From Callorhinchus milii (lineage: Eukaryota), in the NCBI RefSeq assembly GCF_018977255.1, contig NW_024704743.1:91576001-91640000 (forward strand): 64,000 nucleotides of DNA. The letters run 5' to 3'. The position numbers and the translations under genes were made by a program. Shown here piece by piece: positions 24,581-37,924 of this stretch. Within the stretch, counting starts at the first letter, position 1; each line of letters opens with the position of its first letter. Below the pieces are notes generated by a model. The model was not told the origin of the DNA and ran no database searches. It worked only from the letters and a program-made list of their open reading frames with translations.

Positions 24581-25050
24581 ATCATAGAATCTTAGAATCG
24601 TACAGCACAAAAGGAGGCCATTCAGCCCATCGAGCCTGTGCCGGCTCTTTGAAAAGAGTAATGTAATGTCAGTCCCACTCCCCAGCCCTTTCCCCATAAC
24701 CCTGCAAACCTGTCCTCCTCAAATACCCATCCACCACGTTTTTAAAAGTTGTTATCGAATCAGCCTCGACGCCCCTTCAGGCAATGCGTTCCAGATTCGA
24801 ACAACTCGCTGCGTGAAAAAATTTCTTCTCACCTCCCCTCTGCTTTTTTTAGATAGTGTTTTGAATCTGTGACGTCGAGTCACCGAAACACCCACCAGTG
24901 GAAACAGTTTTTCCCTTTCTAACCTATCAAATCCCCTCATGATTTTGAAGACCTCTATTGGGTCTCCTTATAACCTTCTCTGCTCCAATGAGAATAATCC
25001 CAGCCTCTCTCGCCTTTCCTCATAATCAAGGTCCCTCATTCCTGGTACCA
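24581..25050 (-). mobile_element. CR1 LINE 3' end
   Basis: MRGFDRLEREKLFPL…RRNFFTQRVVRIWNALP peptide and GATTCTA(A/T) tail repeats. Confidence 0.93.
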
Positions 25051-25084
25051 TGAGTAGCATCTGAGGAGGACATTTGAGATGTTT

Positions 25085-25455
25085 CTTTTTTTTTTGGTTA
25101 GCTGGGTGTCTGACACATGCGAAAACCCATCACCATGCTTAAGAATATCCAAACCAAGCTGAGAATTCCCTTAGTGCTTTGGTTTGCAGGGTTAACATGA
25201 GCTGAGTGGGATGACTCCCTGCCCCCAGTGACTGGTCTGTCCTTCCAGGTCCTGCCGATGAGCCAGTCTGGCTGTGCTGTCATCAGCAGTGCCCTGGAAT
25301 ACTGTGGACCCGCCTGGCTCAGGAACCAGACTACCAAGACCGCCACAGAGGGCTGGCTCGCTTCCGACATTCTGTTTCCAAGCATGTCAACTTGGAGCCA
25401 GTTCCAGTTTCAGCTCCAAGTAGACCCTGCTTTCCTCCTCCCATAAGGAGGATAA
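25085..25455 (-). repeat. Repeat family X with internal deletion and A-tail
   Basis: Poly-T at 25085-25095, then the family 3' end; the distal part matches 6155-6440. Confidence 0.78.
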
Positions 25456-25649
25456 GCAGAGGTAAAGATATGTTTCTTTAGGTGAAATGCAACACATAAA
25501 TATATTATTCATGTTTTTCCAACACCAAGGGCACAACTTGACCAGAACAACTTGCAATTATATAACTTTCACACAGGATGAACATCTAAAATGAAATACT
25601 TCACAACACTGAGAGGGATCACTGAGCACGAAAAAGTGTTTGAGGTATT

Positions 25650-26290
25650 TTTTTTCGTTGTTCAGCTTGGTGTTTGACACATGTGGAAACCCATCACCGT
25701 TCTTAAGAGTATCCAGCCTAACAGTATGTTATCTTGTGTTATACGGGAAATTTCCCTGTATCTGGAATAGAAATGCACACTTTCTCCCAGGAAGGACACC
25801 ATCCTACTTGTCTAATTTCACAGAGTATTAATAATAATAATAATAATAATAATAACAGTCCTTGCATTTGATATTAGGCTTTTCACGTCGGGAGGACGTC
25901 CCAAAGCGCTTCACAGAACACACTGTCAAGGGAATTGACTGTATATGTGTAGGCGAACGCGGCAGCCAATTGCGCATAGCAATGTCCCACAAACAGTCGT
26001 AGTTTGAAAATGACCAATTTAATTATTGTTTTTGGAGGGATTATTATTAGGCGTGTGGAGTAAGGAAACTTGCCCAAGGTTTCGCCCTGCCTGGAATTGA
26101 ACTCAGGTCTCTCACTTGCAAAGCGAGTGCTCTAACCACTAAGCTACAGGACTCCATAAGCACAGGTTTGCAAGAGCCAAGGCGTGGAGAGGCCAAAGTA
26201 TAGGATGGGAGTAACTACTGGAGTTTAACCAGCTAAAAGCACATAGCTGCCACTGTGAATACTGTTTGGCAAGCTTCCCACTAGGATGAA
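25650..26290 (-). repeat. Repeat family X split by a young SINE
   Basis: …CAGAGTATTA | SINE | TAAGCACAGG… reconstitutes AAAGTATTAGGCACAGG seen at about 2084-2100. Confidence 0.72.
25829..26156 (-). mobile_element. Young tRNA-SINE, full length
   Basis: Complete head, body and tail. Confidence 0.93.
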
Positions 26291-27544
26291 TATCTTGAAG
26301 CACTTTGCAACAATGAAAGGGGGTTATCACTGAGCAAGGATGAAAGAAGTTTGAGGATGTTGGTCAAAAGTAAAGTCAAAAAGATATGTTTTCACGAGGG
26401 CTTCAAAGGCAGACAAAAAAGTATAAAGCAAAGGGATTTGGGAGAAAGTTCCAGACACTAGGGTGGAGTGGCTGAAGGCATGGCTACTTATAGTGGGTTG
26501 AAGGGGAGTGAGGAATGAGCAATAGATCAGTGTTATAATATATAACCTGCCTATAGTGTGTTGGACATACTATACATACATCAAAATAAATCACTCGTAC
26601 ACATATAAAATCAATTTCTGTCCCTGCAACACCGACACTATCTGTTAAGTTGAGATTCTTTAGACCTGATGATGCAAGTAGAATTACAGACCTACTGAAC
26701 CAAAAGAATTTATAACACAATAATGATCTTGGAATACACCTCATAAAATATTAATCATGCCATAGTTTGTATTTGAGTACCCCAATAGTGCTGAAAGGTT
26801 TAATGTGTTATAATAATTTCATGTAAGCCTTCAAATTCAAACATACATATTTGCTTTCTCATTGAAGAATTTAAAAAGGAAAGCCAAGAGTTGTAACACA
26901 TACACACTCGTTTGACTCCTCCCGGCTTCACTAGGAGCAATGCTCAAGTGACATGAGCGTTGATAAAAGTGTTGTGTGTTTAAAAATCCTGGAGTGGGGT
27001 GGGGAGGTCACATTCTGTGGATGACTGGAACCTTTAGGATTGACATTTCCGATCACTTGCTATCTAAATACCGGAAATGATGTTCAGGCACAGTTCCCAG
27101 CTTTTATTTTTTTACCAGCTCTATTATTAATAGACAGGAATGATCTGGGGAAAAAAATACTTGAAAGATTACATGCATGTGCAGATTAAAAACTGTGGGC
27201 ACTGAGGGTTCGGCTACCAGTAAAGAGCTAATGGAGGAACAGGCAGCCAGTGGCTACAATTAATTCAATTGTGAATGCCTCAAAGTAGTGCTATATCTTT
27301 ATTATCATCAGCTCGGGATGGTAGGAATGGAGTAGTTGGCATACGCTTAGTGTAAATGTTGTCACAAATGACAATGAGTGGCAGTACTTGATAAAGTAAT
27401 CTCCAGCATGGGGCAGATCACAATAAACTGCTTGCTCATCACCTTGCCTCCTTTAACATGAAATGATGCTCAAGAACATGCTATTAATCTGACAAGATTC
27501 ACAATGATATGGCATATAAATATGCAACCCATATTTATAATAAT

Positions 27545-27822
27545 CGTAGTAATAATAATCCTTGCATTTGATACAGCAGCTTTCATGTTTAGGGAGCATT
27601 TCAAAGCGCTTCACAGGATTTACTATAAAATGTAGTGAATGTGTATTTTGTAGATGAATAGTGCAGAAAATCTGTACATAGCAATATCCCACAACCAGCT
27701 ATTAAGCGAATGGGTAGTTTTATCTGGAGGATTATTAGCCAGGGCACGCGGGCAAACTCACTTCTCTTCTTAAGTCATGCTATGGGAACTTTAACTTCCA
27801 CCTGAACAGACAAATGGGACCT
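27545..27822 (-). mobile_element. Deu-domain SINE (resumes about 28109-28130 after a nested SINE)
   Basis: GGGACCTT | insertion | CTTGGTTTAAC compared with intact GGACCTTGGTTTAAC near 28690. Confidence 0.75.
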
Positions 27823-28097
27823 TAATAAATAATAATAATCCTTGCATTTGATATAACGCTTTTCACGTCTTCTCAACATCTCAAAGTGCTTCACAGAATA
27901 GACGATAAAGTGAATTGACTGTATATTTGTGGGCGAATGCGGCAGCCAACTGCGCACAGCAGTGTCCCACAAACAGTCGTGGATTGAAAATGACCAATTT
28001 ATCATTGTTTTGTTTTGGAGGGATTATTATTAGACGTGTGGAGTAAGGAAACTTGCCCAAGGTTTCGCCCTGCCGGGAATTGAACCCAGGTGTCTCG
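27823..28097 (-). mobile_element. Young tRNA-SINE, 5' truncated
   Basis: Family body and tail. Confidence 0.9.
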
Positions 28098-28504
28098 AAT
28101 GGAAGGTGCTTGGTTTAACGTATTATCTGACTGACCCACAACATAATCTGTATTATCTACAGAAAACGCTCTGAGTGTCCAACTTACGCAATTTCACTCC
28201 CAAGATATTTTGGATGGGGTCAGACCTGGGATTTGGTGAGTTATTGTGACATCCAAAGTTTTCCCTGTTCGAGGTGGAGTTAACATCACAGGCACTTTTG
28301 GGGAGTTTACATCACCTAAGGACTTTTTCAGTACTAAAGAAACAAGTTTTATTACAACACATGCTGAAATCCGAGGAGTTTACAAGTTGCTGCCCGCATC
28401 AGATTCCTGTCTCTGAAGAGCAATTTCCAGCCCCATTACCAACCCAATCAAACCTTTATAATAGTAATGTTTGCATCTGATAGACGGGAGGACAACTGAA
28501 ATTG

Positions 28505-28725
28505 CTTGACAATCTGTAAAATGTAGTAACTGTATTTTATAGGCAAATGCAGCAGCTAAATTTGTGCACAGCAATGGAGTGAATGCCCAATTTTATTCTG
28601 AGGATTGTTGGCTGAGACATCAGAAGAAACTCCTTTCTCTTCTCGAATAGTGCCATGGGATCTTTGACATCCACTTGAACAGGCAGACAGGACCTTGGTT
28701 TAACATCTCCTTCAAAGAAGCATCC
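28505..28725 (-). mobile_element. Deu-domain SINE, partial
   Basis: TAGTGCCATGGGATCTTT…CCTTGGTTTAACATCTC. Confidence 0.8.
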
Positions 28726-28976
28726 TTTTATTAAACATGATAATTCAGGTCTTTCGACTGATAGTATGGATCAAGCAAACCACTGCTTCTGCACCACCCA
28801 TAATCATTCTAACAGCATGGATGCTGAAATTGCGCTGAAACCCTGGTTCAATTCAAAGGGAACAATGGGTGAGATCAGTGTAGTTCTTTCTAAAAGGCTT
28901 TTTCCTTAGGAGAAGATGGGAAACGTACCTGTCTGGGCGATTTGCATTTCTCTGTGCAACTTCATTTTTATTTTAT

Positions 28977-29275
28977 GTGGAGTCCTGTAGCTCAGTGGTT
29001 AGAGCACTCGCTTTGCAAGCGAGAGACCTGAGTTCAATTCCAGACAGGGCGAAACCTTGGGCAAGTTTCCTTACTCCACACACCTAATAATAATCCCTCC
29101 AAAAAACAATAATAAAATTGGTCATTTTCAATCTACGACTGTTTGTGGGACATTGCTGAGCGCAATTGGCTGCCGCGTTCGCCCACAAATATACAGTCAA
29201 TTCACTTTACAGTGTATTCTGTGAAGTGCTTTGGGACGTCTAGAAGATGTGGAAAGCGCTATATCAAATGCAAGG

Positions 29276-29307
<32 letters not shown>
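28977..29307 (+). mobile_element. Young tRNA-SINE, full length
   Basis: Cloverleaf-compatible head (anticodon arm CTCGC-TTTGCAA-GCGAG) and (ATT)n tail. Confidence 0.94.
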
Positions 29308-29655
29308 GCTTTATAGGGTTCAATATACAGTCACTACACTTTGCAGCATTTACCCTATGAAGCACTTTAAGATGGTTCAACAATATAGGAGCTGTATCAA
29401 ATGCAAGAACTATTGGACTCTACTTGTATGACAGTGCTTGTCACATTAATTTTTCTTGTATCCAATTCAATGGTTTTTATAAGTATGTTAATGAAGAATT
29501 TAATTGTCATCCAGCTTGCCATTGTTAGCTCTAAGTCACAGTCTGACAAATTACCACAGCCAATACTAAATGGAAGTGTTCGCTTTATTATATTTTTATT
29601 CTTTAAATCATTATTTTGATACATATGAATAAAATCTTACACTAAACCTTGTGTC

Positions 29656-30048
29656 GTGGAGTCCTGTAGCTCGATGGTTAGAGCACTCGACTTGCAAGCG
29701 AGACACCTGGATTCAATTCCAGCAGGACGAAACTTTGGGCAAGTTTCCTTACTCCACACTTAATAATAATCCCTCCAAAACAAAACAATAATAAATTGGT
29801 CATTTTCAATTCATGACTGTTTGTGGGACACTGCTGTGCACAATTGGCTGCTGCATTTCACCCACAAATATACAGTCGATTCACTTTCCAGTCTATTCTG
29901 TGAAGTGCTTTGGGACGTCTAGAAGACGTGAAAAGCGCTATATCAAATGCAAGGATTATTATTATTATTATTATTCTGTGACACGCTTTTGAGACGTCTA
30001 GAAGACGTGAAAAGCGCTATATCAAATGCAAGGATTATTATTATTATT
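29656..30048 (+). mobile_element. Young tRNA-SINE with duplicated 3' tail
   Basis: Full element to about 29975, second tail copy at 29976-30048. Confidence 0.92.
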
Positions 30049-30591
30049 GAGACTTTTCATATCATTGAGATGTCTTGAAGTGCTCAACAGGATTTCACTG
30101 GAAAGTGTAGTGACTGTGTATCTGTAGACGAGCATAAAAGGTTAATGAAAGTCAAGAAAGAATATTTTAAAGACTGTCGCGATCGGGAGCTTTTGAGAAT
30201 GAAACACCCAGTGTGAACTGTAACCATGAATTGCTGAGGTAATTATCCAGCAGCAGACACAGTTGAATCATTCAAAGGGGTAATTAGCAATCAGATATAA
30301 TGAATTGCACAGCCATTCGTTGTTGTATTGTAGTTAGCTTGCTGCAGCCCGAGGGATCTGAATCATTTCCTATTCCTTTCTCAAGGTGTTGGTACATTGG
30401 GTGCATCAGTCCGTTTTATCACTCCCTTCAGTTTAATTCATCTCCCCTTTGGATCCTGTCAGTCATCTGGTTCCAACCCGCACCGCTCTCACTGCACTTA
30501 AATTTCACTATTAAAATTGAGTTCTTTTTAATTTTATAACAATAATAATTTTAATTTTATTATTTTGAATTTTAACTTTATATCAATAGCA

Positions 30592-31030
30592 ATTCTTGCA
30601 TTTGATATAGCGCATTTCATATTGGAAGGATATCTCAAAAGTGTTTCCACAGGATTTTACTGTAAAATGGAGTGACTGTGTATCTTGTTGGAGAAACAGA
30701 GCAGCTAATTTATGCACAATTATGTTCCACCAATAGCTATGAAGTGAATGAGCAATTTAATCTAGGGGATTATTGGCCAGGACACTAGAAGAAAAACTCT
30801 ATAGGAGTTATAGGATATAGGATCTTTAACATCCAACTGGACAGAGAGACAGGGCTTCATGTTTAGTGCCTCATCTGAAGGATGGCAACTCCAACAATGC
30901 AGCACTCCCTCAGCACTGCATTGCAGTGTCACCTTAGACTATATAAGTTCCAAGTTCCGATGAGAGGCTTGAACCCACAACAACCTTCTGCCTTACAGGC
31001 AACAGTGCTGGCAACTGAGCCAGATCCACA
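30592..31030 (-). mobile_element. Deu-domain SINE (SacSINE1-like), near full length
   Basis: Head TGGCTCAGTTG…GGGTTCAAGCC, Deu core, L2-type tail. Confidence 0.88.
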
Positions 31031-32014
31031 CACAAAGTAATTTCATTTGGGGATTTTACCATCAAATTGTTCTCAAATAATCAATTGACTGTTGGTTAAA
31101 ATTCTGAAAACGATCAGCGTGGCCCACGTTTACTTTGTAGCTTACTGATTCTTTTTTGTGTGACATATTAAGTGTAAAAGCTGCTGTAAACCCAATGGGA
31201 TTATAGAAAGAATTAATGTATTGAGCGTTCCCTTGGGTATGATGACATTGGCACCATCTGCAGGATCTGTCAATGACTGGCTTTGCTGTTTGCAAAATGG
31301 CATTATGAAACCTACACATGACCAATTGGACGACAGTATTTCATTGATCTTGTGTGTTCAGTTAAGGCAATCCTCTTTGGCTTGATAAGAAACCTCTTCC
31401 AATTCTCTTTTGCGGGAGCTGATATGACAACCATTCTCTTCACGGATTTTGAAACACCACAAGAATGTCTTCTTACAGCCTTACTGAAGCTGAGTCCTCA
31501 CCAGGAAATCTTATTATTTATTCCCTCATTTAAATGGCTGTAACCCTTAATGTTCGATTGCAAAAGTTAACCTTTTGCAGATTTTAGTAAGAACAAGGCA
31601 ATTCTTTATTGCATCGGGAGTGCAGCGGGATTCAGTTGTGACTTTTGGGGAGTGGGACGATTGACCATTAGGTCAGCCAGATCCATCCGAGATTCAGCTG
31701 GAACAAGTGCTCTGGAATCCATGGACTCCCTTCATGTAGCCCAGAAAAGCTTGTCTTACTTCTCAGAAGGCTCTAGAAAAATCTTGGAGCTTGGGGTCCC
31801 CATATCACCAGTGAACTTAGCCTATCTAGTGCCAGCTACTGATCAGAAAATCACTTCCTCCACAGTGGCGCACGCCAGGTGTGCCCTGTTAGAGTAGGAT
31901 AGATGGATTGGGATAGTGAGATCTTTCAGACTATGACTTCATCTCCCTTAACTCCTCAATCCCTCTCCCCACCGCCACCCAACCCACCTCCATCTCCGTC
32001 CCTGGAAAAAAATC

Positions 32015-33140
32015 TCCCCTTGAATGGTTCAGGTCCTACCTCTCAGACCATCTTCAGTTCATCTCTACAAATGGTTTCTCCATTAGCCCCCACACCGTCT
32101 CGTGCGGAGTTCCTCAGGCCTCTGTCCTTGGCCCCTCCTCTTCAATATCCATATGCTCCCGCTTGGTGACATCATTCGCAGACATGGGGTCAACTTCCAC
32201 ATATATGAGGATGACACCAAACTCTACCTCTCTGCCTCCACCCCTGACTCCAGGAAAACTGCTGTCTTGACAGAATGTCTGGCAGACATCAAGTCCTGGA
32301 TGAGAGCTAACTTTCTACAGTTGAATGTCAAAAGACCGAGGTTCTCCTTATTGGCTCCCAACAGTGCTTCCACACCTCAGGCACTGACAGCATCACCATT
32401 CAAGGATGCAGAGTCCACCTTACTAAGCCAGTATGGAAAATTGGCATCTTGTTTGGCCCTCAACTATCCTTCCTACCCCACATCTGTGCCATGTCCCACT
32501 CTGCCTTCCCCTACTTCCGCACATTGCCCGGCTCCCTCCGCCACGGTCTCACACCACATGCCGCTGAGACCCTCATACACGCATTCATAATATCCAGGCT
32601 CAACTATGCAAACTCCCTGCTTGTCGGCCTCCCCAACTCCTCCCTCCATAGGCTGCAGCCTGTGTCCTCTCCCGCACCAGGCTCCACAACCCTATCACCC
32701 TCATCCCCACCCGACTCCACTGGCTTCCCATCACACAGAGAATACATTTCAAGATCCTGGTCCTCACCTTCAAAGCCCTCCATTGTCTCCCCCCTACCTC
32801 TGCAACCTTCTAACCGCTAGCAACCTAGCCTGCTCCCACCGCTTAGCGGGCTCCGGTCTGCTTCACATCCTCCGCCTGGCCTGCCCACCAATGCTGGGCG
32901 GGCCTTCTACCACTCTGTCCCCACCCCCTGGAACTGTAGACCTTCCACCTTGCTCCCTCCCTTGCCTCCTTCAAGACCCGTCTCAAGACCCTCCTCTTCG
33001 ACCAGCCTCCTTCCCCCACCTGCTCACCACACTCCCCAATCCCAACCCTCAGCTTGGTCTGAAACACTGGTTAGTCCAGTGCGTTAGGACGTCCTCCCAA
33101 TGTGAAAGGTGCAATACAAATGTAATTTTGTTGTTGTTGT
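32015..33140 (+). mobile_element. L2 LINE 3' 1.1 kb, decayed RT (YEDD)
   Basis: [52 protein letters not shown]; frameshifts; tail. Confidence 0.94.
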
Positions 33141-33429
33141 AGGGAAGGAACCACTGGTTTCTTGAAAATGGGTATATTTGTGGTATGAAAGGGAGCCGAA
33201 GTAATAAGAGCCTTGTGAACACACAGAGAATAAAATTCCAACTGGGCGTAGATTTATACTGTAAAGGAAGCGTTTCAAAAAGTAAGAATTTGGCAAATTG
33301 TTGATTGAAGTGGCCTTAGAATTAAGGACATATTTAAGAATTTGCCAAATTCTGGAAACTTGAAATACTGCAAAGAGTAGATTTAGATCCAGGTGGATTT
33401 ATGGATTCCTAGGTGGTTCTATGCTTATA

Positions 33430-33812
33430 GTAATAATAATTCTTGAATTCAATTTAGCGCTTTATCATGTCTTTGAGACATCTCAAAGAGCTTCACAGAA
33501 TATATTATTAAGTGAATTCACTGTATATTTTGTGGGCGAATAGCAGCAGCCAATTGCGCACAGCGGTGTTCCACAAAATTGGTGGATTGAATGACCAAAT
33601 TATTATTGTTTTTTTATTTACTTTTTTTGAAAGGGATTCTTACCCCCCGGAAAGCGATCCGCCAATCTACTAACAACTGGGTTCCTACTTACTGCTAGGT
33701 AAACAGAGGTGTGCGGAGTAAAGAAACTTGCCTAACGTTTCGTCCTGACTGGGAATCAAATCCAGGTCCTCTCGCTTGTGAGGCGAGTTCTCTAACTACT
33801 AAGTTACAGGAT
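33430..33812 (-). mobile_element. tRNA-SINE, older long variant, full length
   Basis: Head plus extra central segment (about 33642-33710) plus tail. Confidence 0.88.
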
Positions 33813-34060
33813 TTTCTGTTTGATTGAGGAGGATATTATCTTTGACAAATAAAGTTGCTGTTTGATTGAGGAGAATATTCACTCTCAACTATTTTTACCC
33901 AAGCGCACTGGTACTTCACTATAATAATACTTGGTATTCCACCATCAGTGGGTATTGATTTTATCAAAGTTATGTAGACCTCCGATATGCAATTCAAGAA
34001 ATGTGCCAGGGAAATGTAGCACTCCGAGGGATAAAAGTAAAACTTCATTCTTCTTCATAA

Positions 34061-34277
34061 AATAATAATATAATAATCCTTGAATTTGAGTCAGCGCCTT
34101 ATCATGTCTTCGAGACGTCTCTAAGCGCTTCACAGAATATACTGTAAAGTGAATTGACTGTATATTTTGGTGGGAGAAACCCGACAACCAAATGCGCACA
34201 GCAGTGTCCCACAAACAGTGGTAGATTGAGTGACCAAATTATTATTAGTTTTTTGAGGAGAATTATTACCCCCGGAA
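34061..34277 (-). mobile_element. tRNA-SINE long variant, 3' half
   Basis: Tail and body, ending within the extra segment. Confidence 0.85.
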
Positions 34278-34279
34278 AA

Positions 34280-34412
34280 TTGATAGATTTTTGGTAGGTC
34301 AGGGTATTAAGGGATATGGGGAAAAAGCGGGAAATTTAAATTGAAAGGATTAGTTGAGATACAGATCAGCCATGATCTAATTAAATGGCGGAACAGATTT
34401 GAAGGGCTGAAT
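34280..34412 (+). mobile_element. CR1 3'UTR fragment
   Basis: AAGGGATATGGGG…GATCAGCCATGATCT…AAGGGCTGAATG. Confidence 0.75.
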
Positions 34413-35008
34413 GACTTCAAGGCTTGATTACGGGAACTTCCTCCTCATCGGCCTTCCCAACTCTTCCCTTCACAAGCTGCAGATCAAAACTTTGCAGCTT
34501 GTGTACTCTCACGCACCAGGCTCAGTGTCCCCATCACTCCCACCTTCCCCAACTCCACTGGCTCCCCATCCCACAGAGGATCGAGTTCAAGATCCTTGTC
34601 CACACCTTTAAGGCCATCCATGACCTTGCCCCCTCCTACTTCTCTGACCTGCTGACTCCCTACCAACCGTCCCGCTCCCTCCGTTCTTCAGGCTCCGGTC
34701 TGCTCCATGTCTTCTGCCCGACCTGCCCTACCATCAGTGGTCGGGCTTTCGGCCTCTCTGCTCCCACACTCTGCAATTCCATCCCACTGTCCTTTCACCT
34801 CACTTCCTCCCTCGCCTCCTTCAAGGCCAGTCTCAAGATCCTTCTCTTCGATTGTGCCTTTGGTCACCCTCCCACCTCTCTGCCTTCCCTCACCCCTACA
34901 CCACCCCTCCCCCATGCTCGGGTCCCGACACCTGACTGTTCAGCGCTTTGGGACATCCTCCCGATGTGAAAGGCACTCTATAAATGTAATTTTGTTGTTG
35001 TTGTTGTT
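34413..35008 (+). mobile_element. L2 LINE 3' fragment
   Basis: TSRLDYGN; LHWLPIPQRIEFKILVHTFKAIHDLAPSY; tail (TTG)n. Confidence 0.93.
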
Positions 35009-35106
35009 GATAGAAAATGCTTCCTTGTGACCTGTGAATTGTGCAAGAGGGACTCGAACCACAACAAATAATTGGTTGCTGTGTTTGAAATTATTGTTTC
35101 AAATGC

Positions 35107-35430
35107 AATAATAATAATAATAATAATCCTTGCCATTTGATATAGCGCTTTTCACGTCGGGAAGACGTCCCAAAGCGCTTCACAGAACACACTGCAAAGT
35201 GAATTGACTGTATATTTGTGGGCGAACGCGACAGCCAATTGCGCACAGCAATGTCCCACAAACAGTCATAGATTGAAAATGACCAATTTATTTTTGGTTT
35301 TGGAGGGATTATTATTAGGCTCTGTGTGGAGTAAGGAAACTTGCCCAAGGTTTCGCCCTCTGCCTGGAATTGAACTCAGGTCTCTCACTTGCAAAGCGAG
35401 TGCTCTAACCACTGAGCTACAGGACTCCAC
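35107..35430 (-). mobile_element. Young tRNA-SINE, full length
   Basis: Complete; nearly identical to 43155-43477. Confidence 0.94.
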
Positions 35431-35589
35431 AAACACAGCAATGGGGAAAACGGATAATCAAACAGACTTAACATCAAGATTGGTCATTTTTGGATTGGTT
35501 CTTTCCATGTCTCCAATTTTCTTCCCTGACCTCTTGAAGGCAGTGAATCATGGTGGAATTTTCATGGGGATCAACAATACCCCAGACAT

Positions 35590-35750
35590 CTGCCCCCAAT
35601 GGCCTCACTTCATTCACAGTAACTGTTTGGCCATTGGGGGCTTCACAACCAAGCATGGTCCTATTCACAAATATGTACTTTCCAGCTGGGCTCACTGGAA
35701 GTATTCAACAGGATCCTGACTAATATTGCCCATCTCTAGCCCAGGGACTC
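35590..35750 (-). mobile_element. AmnSINE2-like fragment
   Basis: Reverse strand CCCTGGGCTAGAG…TCCAGTGAGCCCAGCTGGAAAGT…GCTTGGTTGTGAAGCCC. Confidence 0.5.
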
Positions 35751-36074
35751 TGATCAGTATACTGTGAATTTCATTTAACACATCCTCTTATATCAGTTAC
35801 ATACTCTCACTCTTTAACACATAATGAACTGCACTGAGAACCTCCTGCATTAAAAAATCTGAATTCTTGCCAGTCTTGTTCCATTGTTCCGCATGATTTG
35901 CTCTGCTTCTAACTTTGTCATTGTCTGAAAATTGTGACCACCATTGTTGTGTTAATTAACACTAGTGCTATTTGTTGAAAAATGCTGCCATGTGGTCAAT
36001 ACATAACTAGACATATTGACTGCTCCCTGGGGGTGTCTCTCCTCCGCCTTCCAATCACAATATATGAAAGTCAG

Positions 36075-36203
36075 ATGCTTGAAGGGGTGTGGAGTAGAGC
36101 AAGGCAGTGGGATCGAAATCACACCTTGCTCTGAGAGTCGATGCACACTCATTGGACTGAATACACTCCTTCTGCACTGTAAATTTCTATAATTCTATGA
36201 TTC
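36075..36203 (+). mobile_element. CR1/HE1-type 3' tail
   Basis: CTCCTTCTGCACTGT…TTCTATAATTCTATGATTC. Confidence 0.65.
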
Positions 36204-36539
36204 CACAACTGTTTATGGAACACTGCTGTGTGCAATTGGGTACTGCATTTAGCCCACAAAACACCCAGTCACTGCACTTGCAGTATATTCCGTGAAGCGT
36301 TTTGAGACATGATAAAGCACTTTATTAAATCCAAGTTTTATTATCATTATTCGATTACAATGGTTGTTTCGGACACCCGACTGCATTAGACTACTGGTTA
36401 GCAAGGTATTACCTTGATTCAATAACAAGGAGGAAAGCCAATAGCATTGCAAACCGGCACAGATACTGAATGCCTCATTTTTTAAATGAACACACTGCAC
36501 ACTGCAATTTTCACCCCTTTGAAAACGTGAGGTTTTGCT

Positions 36540-37005
36540 TGCTACTCGTGTTCAAGCCATGTATATTAATTCAGAACAAGGGTCACAAGATCGAGCCCTG
36601 AAGTACATCATTCATAACCTCTTTCAGTTTGAGCAGTTTCCATTTATAGCTGCCCTCTGTTTGCTCTTTTTTAGGCCAGTTATCTATCCTGTTCCATGTT
36701 TTACCCTCTATTCCATAACACCTTTCTTTAGTCATTAATCATAATCGACAATGTGGAACCTTGCCAAATTTGAAGTACTGTATATAACATCACATTATCC
36801 TTGTTCACCATAGTGGTGATATCCTCAAAAGACATCACTGCTTTAGTTAAGCATGACCTATCCCTTCACAATCCATCCCGACTGTCCTTCAACATGTTAT
36901 GTTTATCTAAGTATTTATTCGCCAAATCTCTTAAAACCTTTTCAAAGACATAGCTGCAATTGATTTTAAACTTACAAGTTTCCAGGAATGGCTCTTGACC
37001 CTTTT
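36540..37005 (-). mobile_element. Old CR1-like RT-region fragment
   Basis: Degenerate KVPH/GSILxP-like segments on the reverse strand. Confidence 0.5.
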
Positions 37006-37361
37006 CTAAATATTATGTGAGTCACTTCTTAATTCGCAGCAACTTCCCCTGAGATTAGCGATGAACTGTTAGAGTTCAACCATTCTGCCCCTGCTCTCTG
37101 GAACTCCAGCCTGAAGTCTCTCCACCTCGCCCCCTCCTTCCCCACCTTTATAGCTCATTTTAAAACCTTTTGGTTACCAATCCTCTCCCCTCCCATCTAC
37201 TCAATTCCCCCCCACCTCCATCTGGGAATAATGGCAGCTCCTGCTCCTTACCAGCTGAGGAAAGATTCTGGTTTCATAATCTGTGGCTCTGGGCAAAACC
37301 ATGCTTCTGAAGTTGAGGTGGGGGAGGGAATGTCTTGCAAATCTTCCATTAAAGTCATATA

Positions 37362-37585
37362 TAATAATAATAAATAATAATCCTTGCATTTGATATAGCG
37401 TTTTTCACATCTTTTAGACGTGTCAAAACGATTCACAAAATATGCTGTAGAGTGAATTGTGTATTTGTGGGCGAAACGCGGAAGTCACTTGCGCACAGCA
37501 GTGTCCCACAAACAGTCGTGGATTGAAAATGACCAATTTATTATTGTTTTTTGGAGGGATTATTAATAGGCATGTGGAGTAAGGA
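37362..37585 (-). mobile_element. Young tRNA-SINE, headless
   Basis: Body and tail. Confidence 0.88.
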
Positions 37586-37924
37586 GTAAGTCACGTTTTA
37601 GTCTATGTGATATTTACCACCAGTGTTAATTATGACAAATCATATTGTTTTCCCCTCTCATCAACTATATCTCATATAAAGAAATACCAAAAACTCAATT
37701 ATATTTTATTCTTGATCCGTGTTTGCCCTGTCATCACTGCTTTTCATTTTCTCCTTCATATTGTTTTTTTAAAATCTCTACATTTTTAATTTTTTAACCA
37801 TTAATCAATGTTACCACTTGGCTGCATTTAATAATAATTTGTTCATTTTTATCACATCGTCAAAACATCTCAAAGAACTTCACAAGATGTACTTTAAAAA
37901 CTGACAATGAGCAATTTATAACAA

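Noticed and set aside
28977..29050. tRNA-Ala gene calls at SINE heads
   Set aside because: Each head continues directly into SINE body and tail; these are retroposon heads, not tRNA genes.
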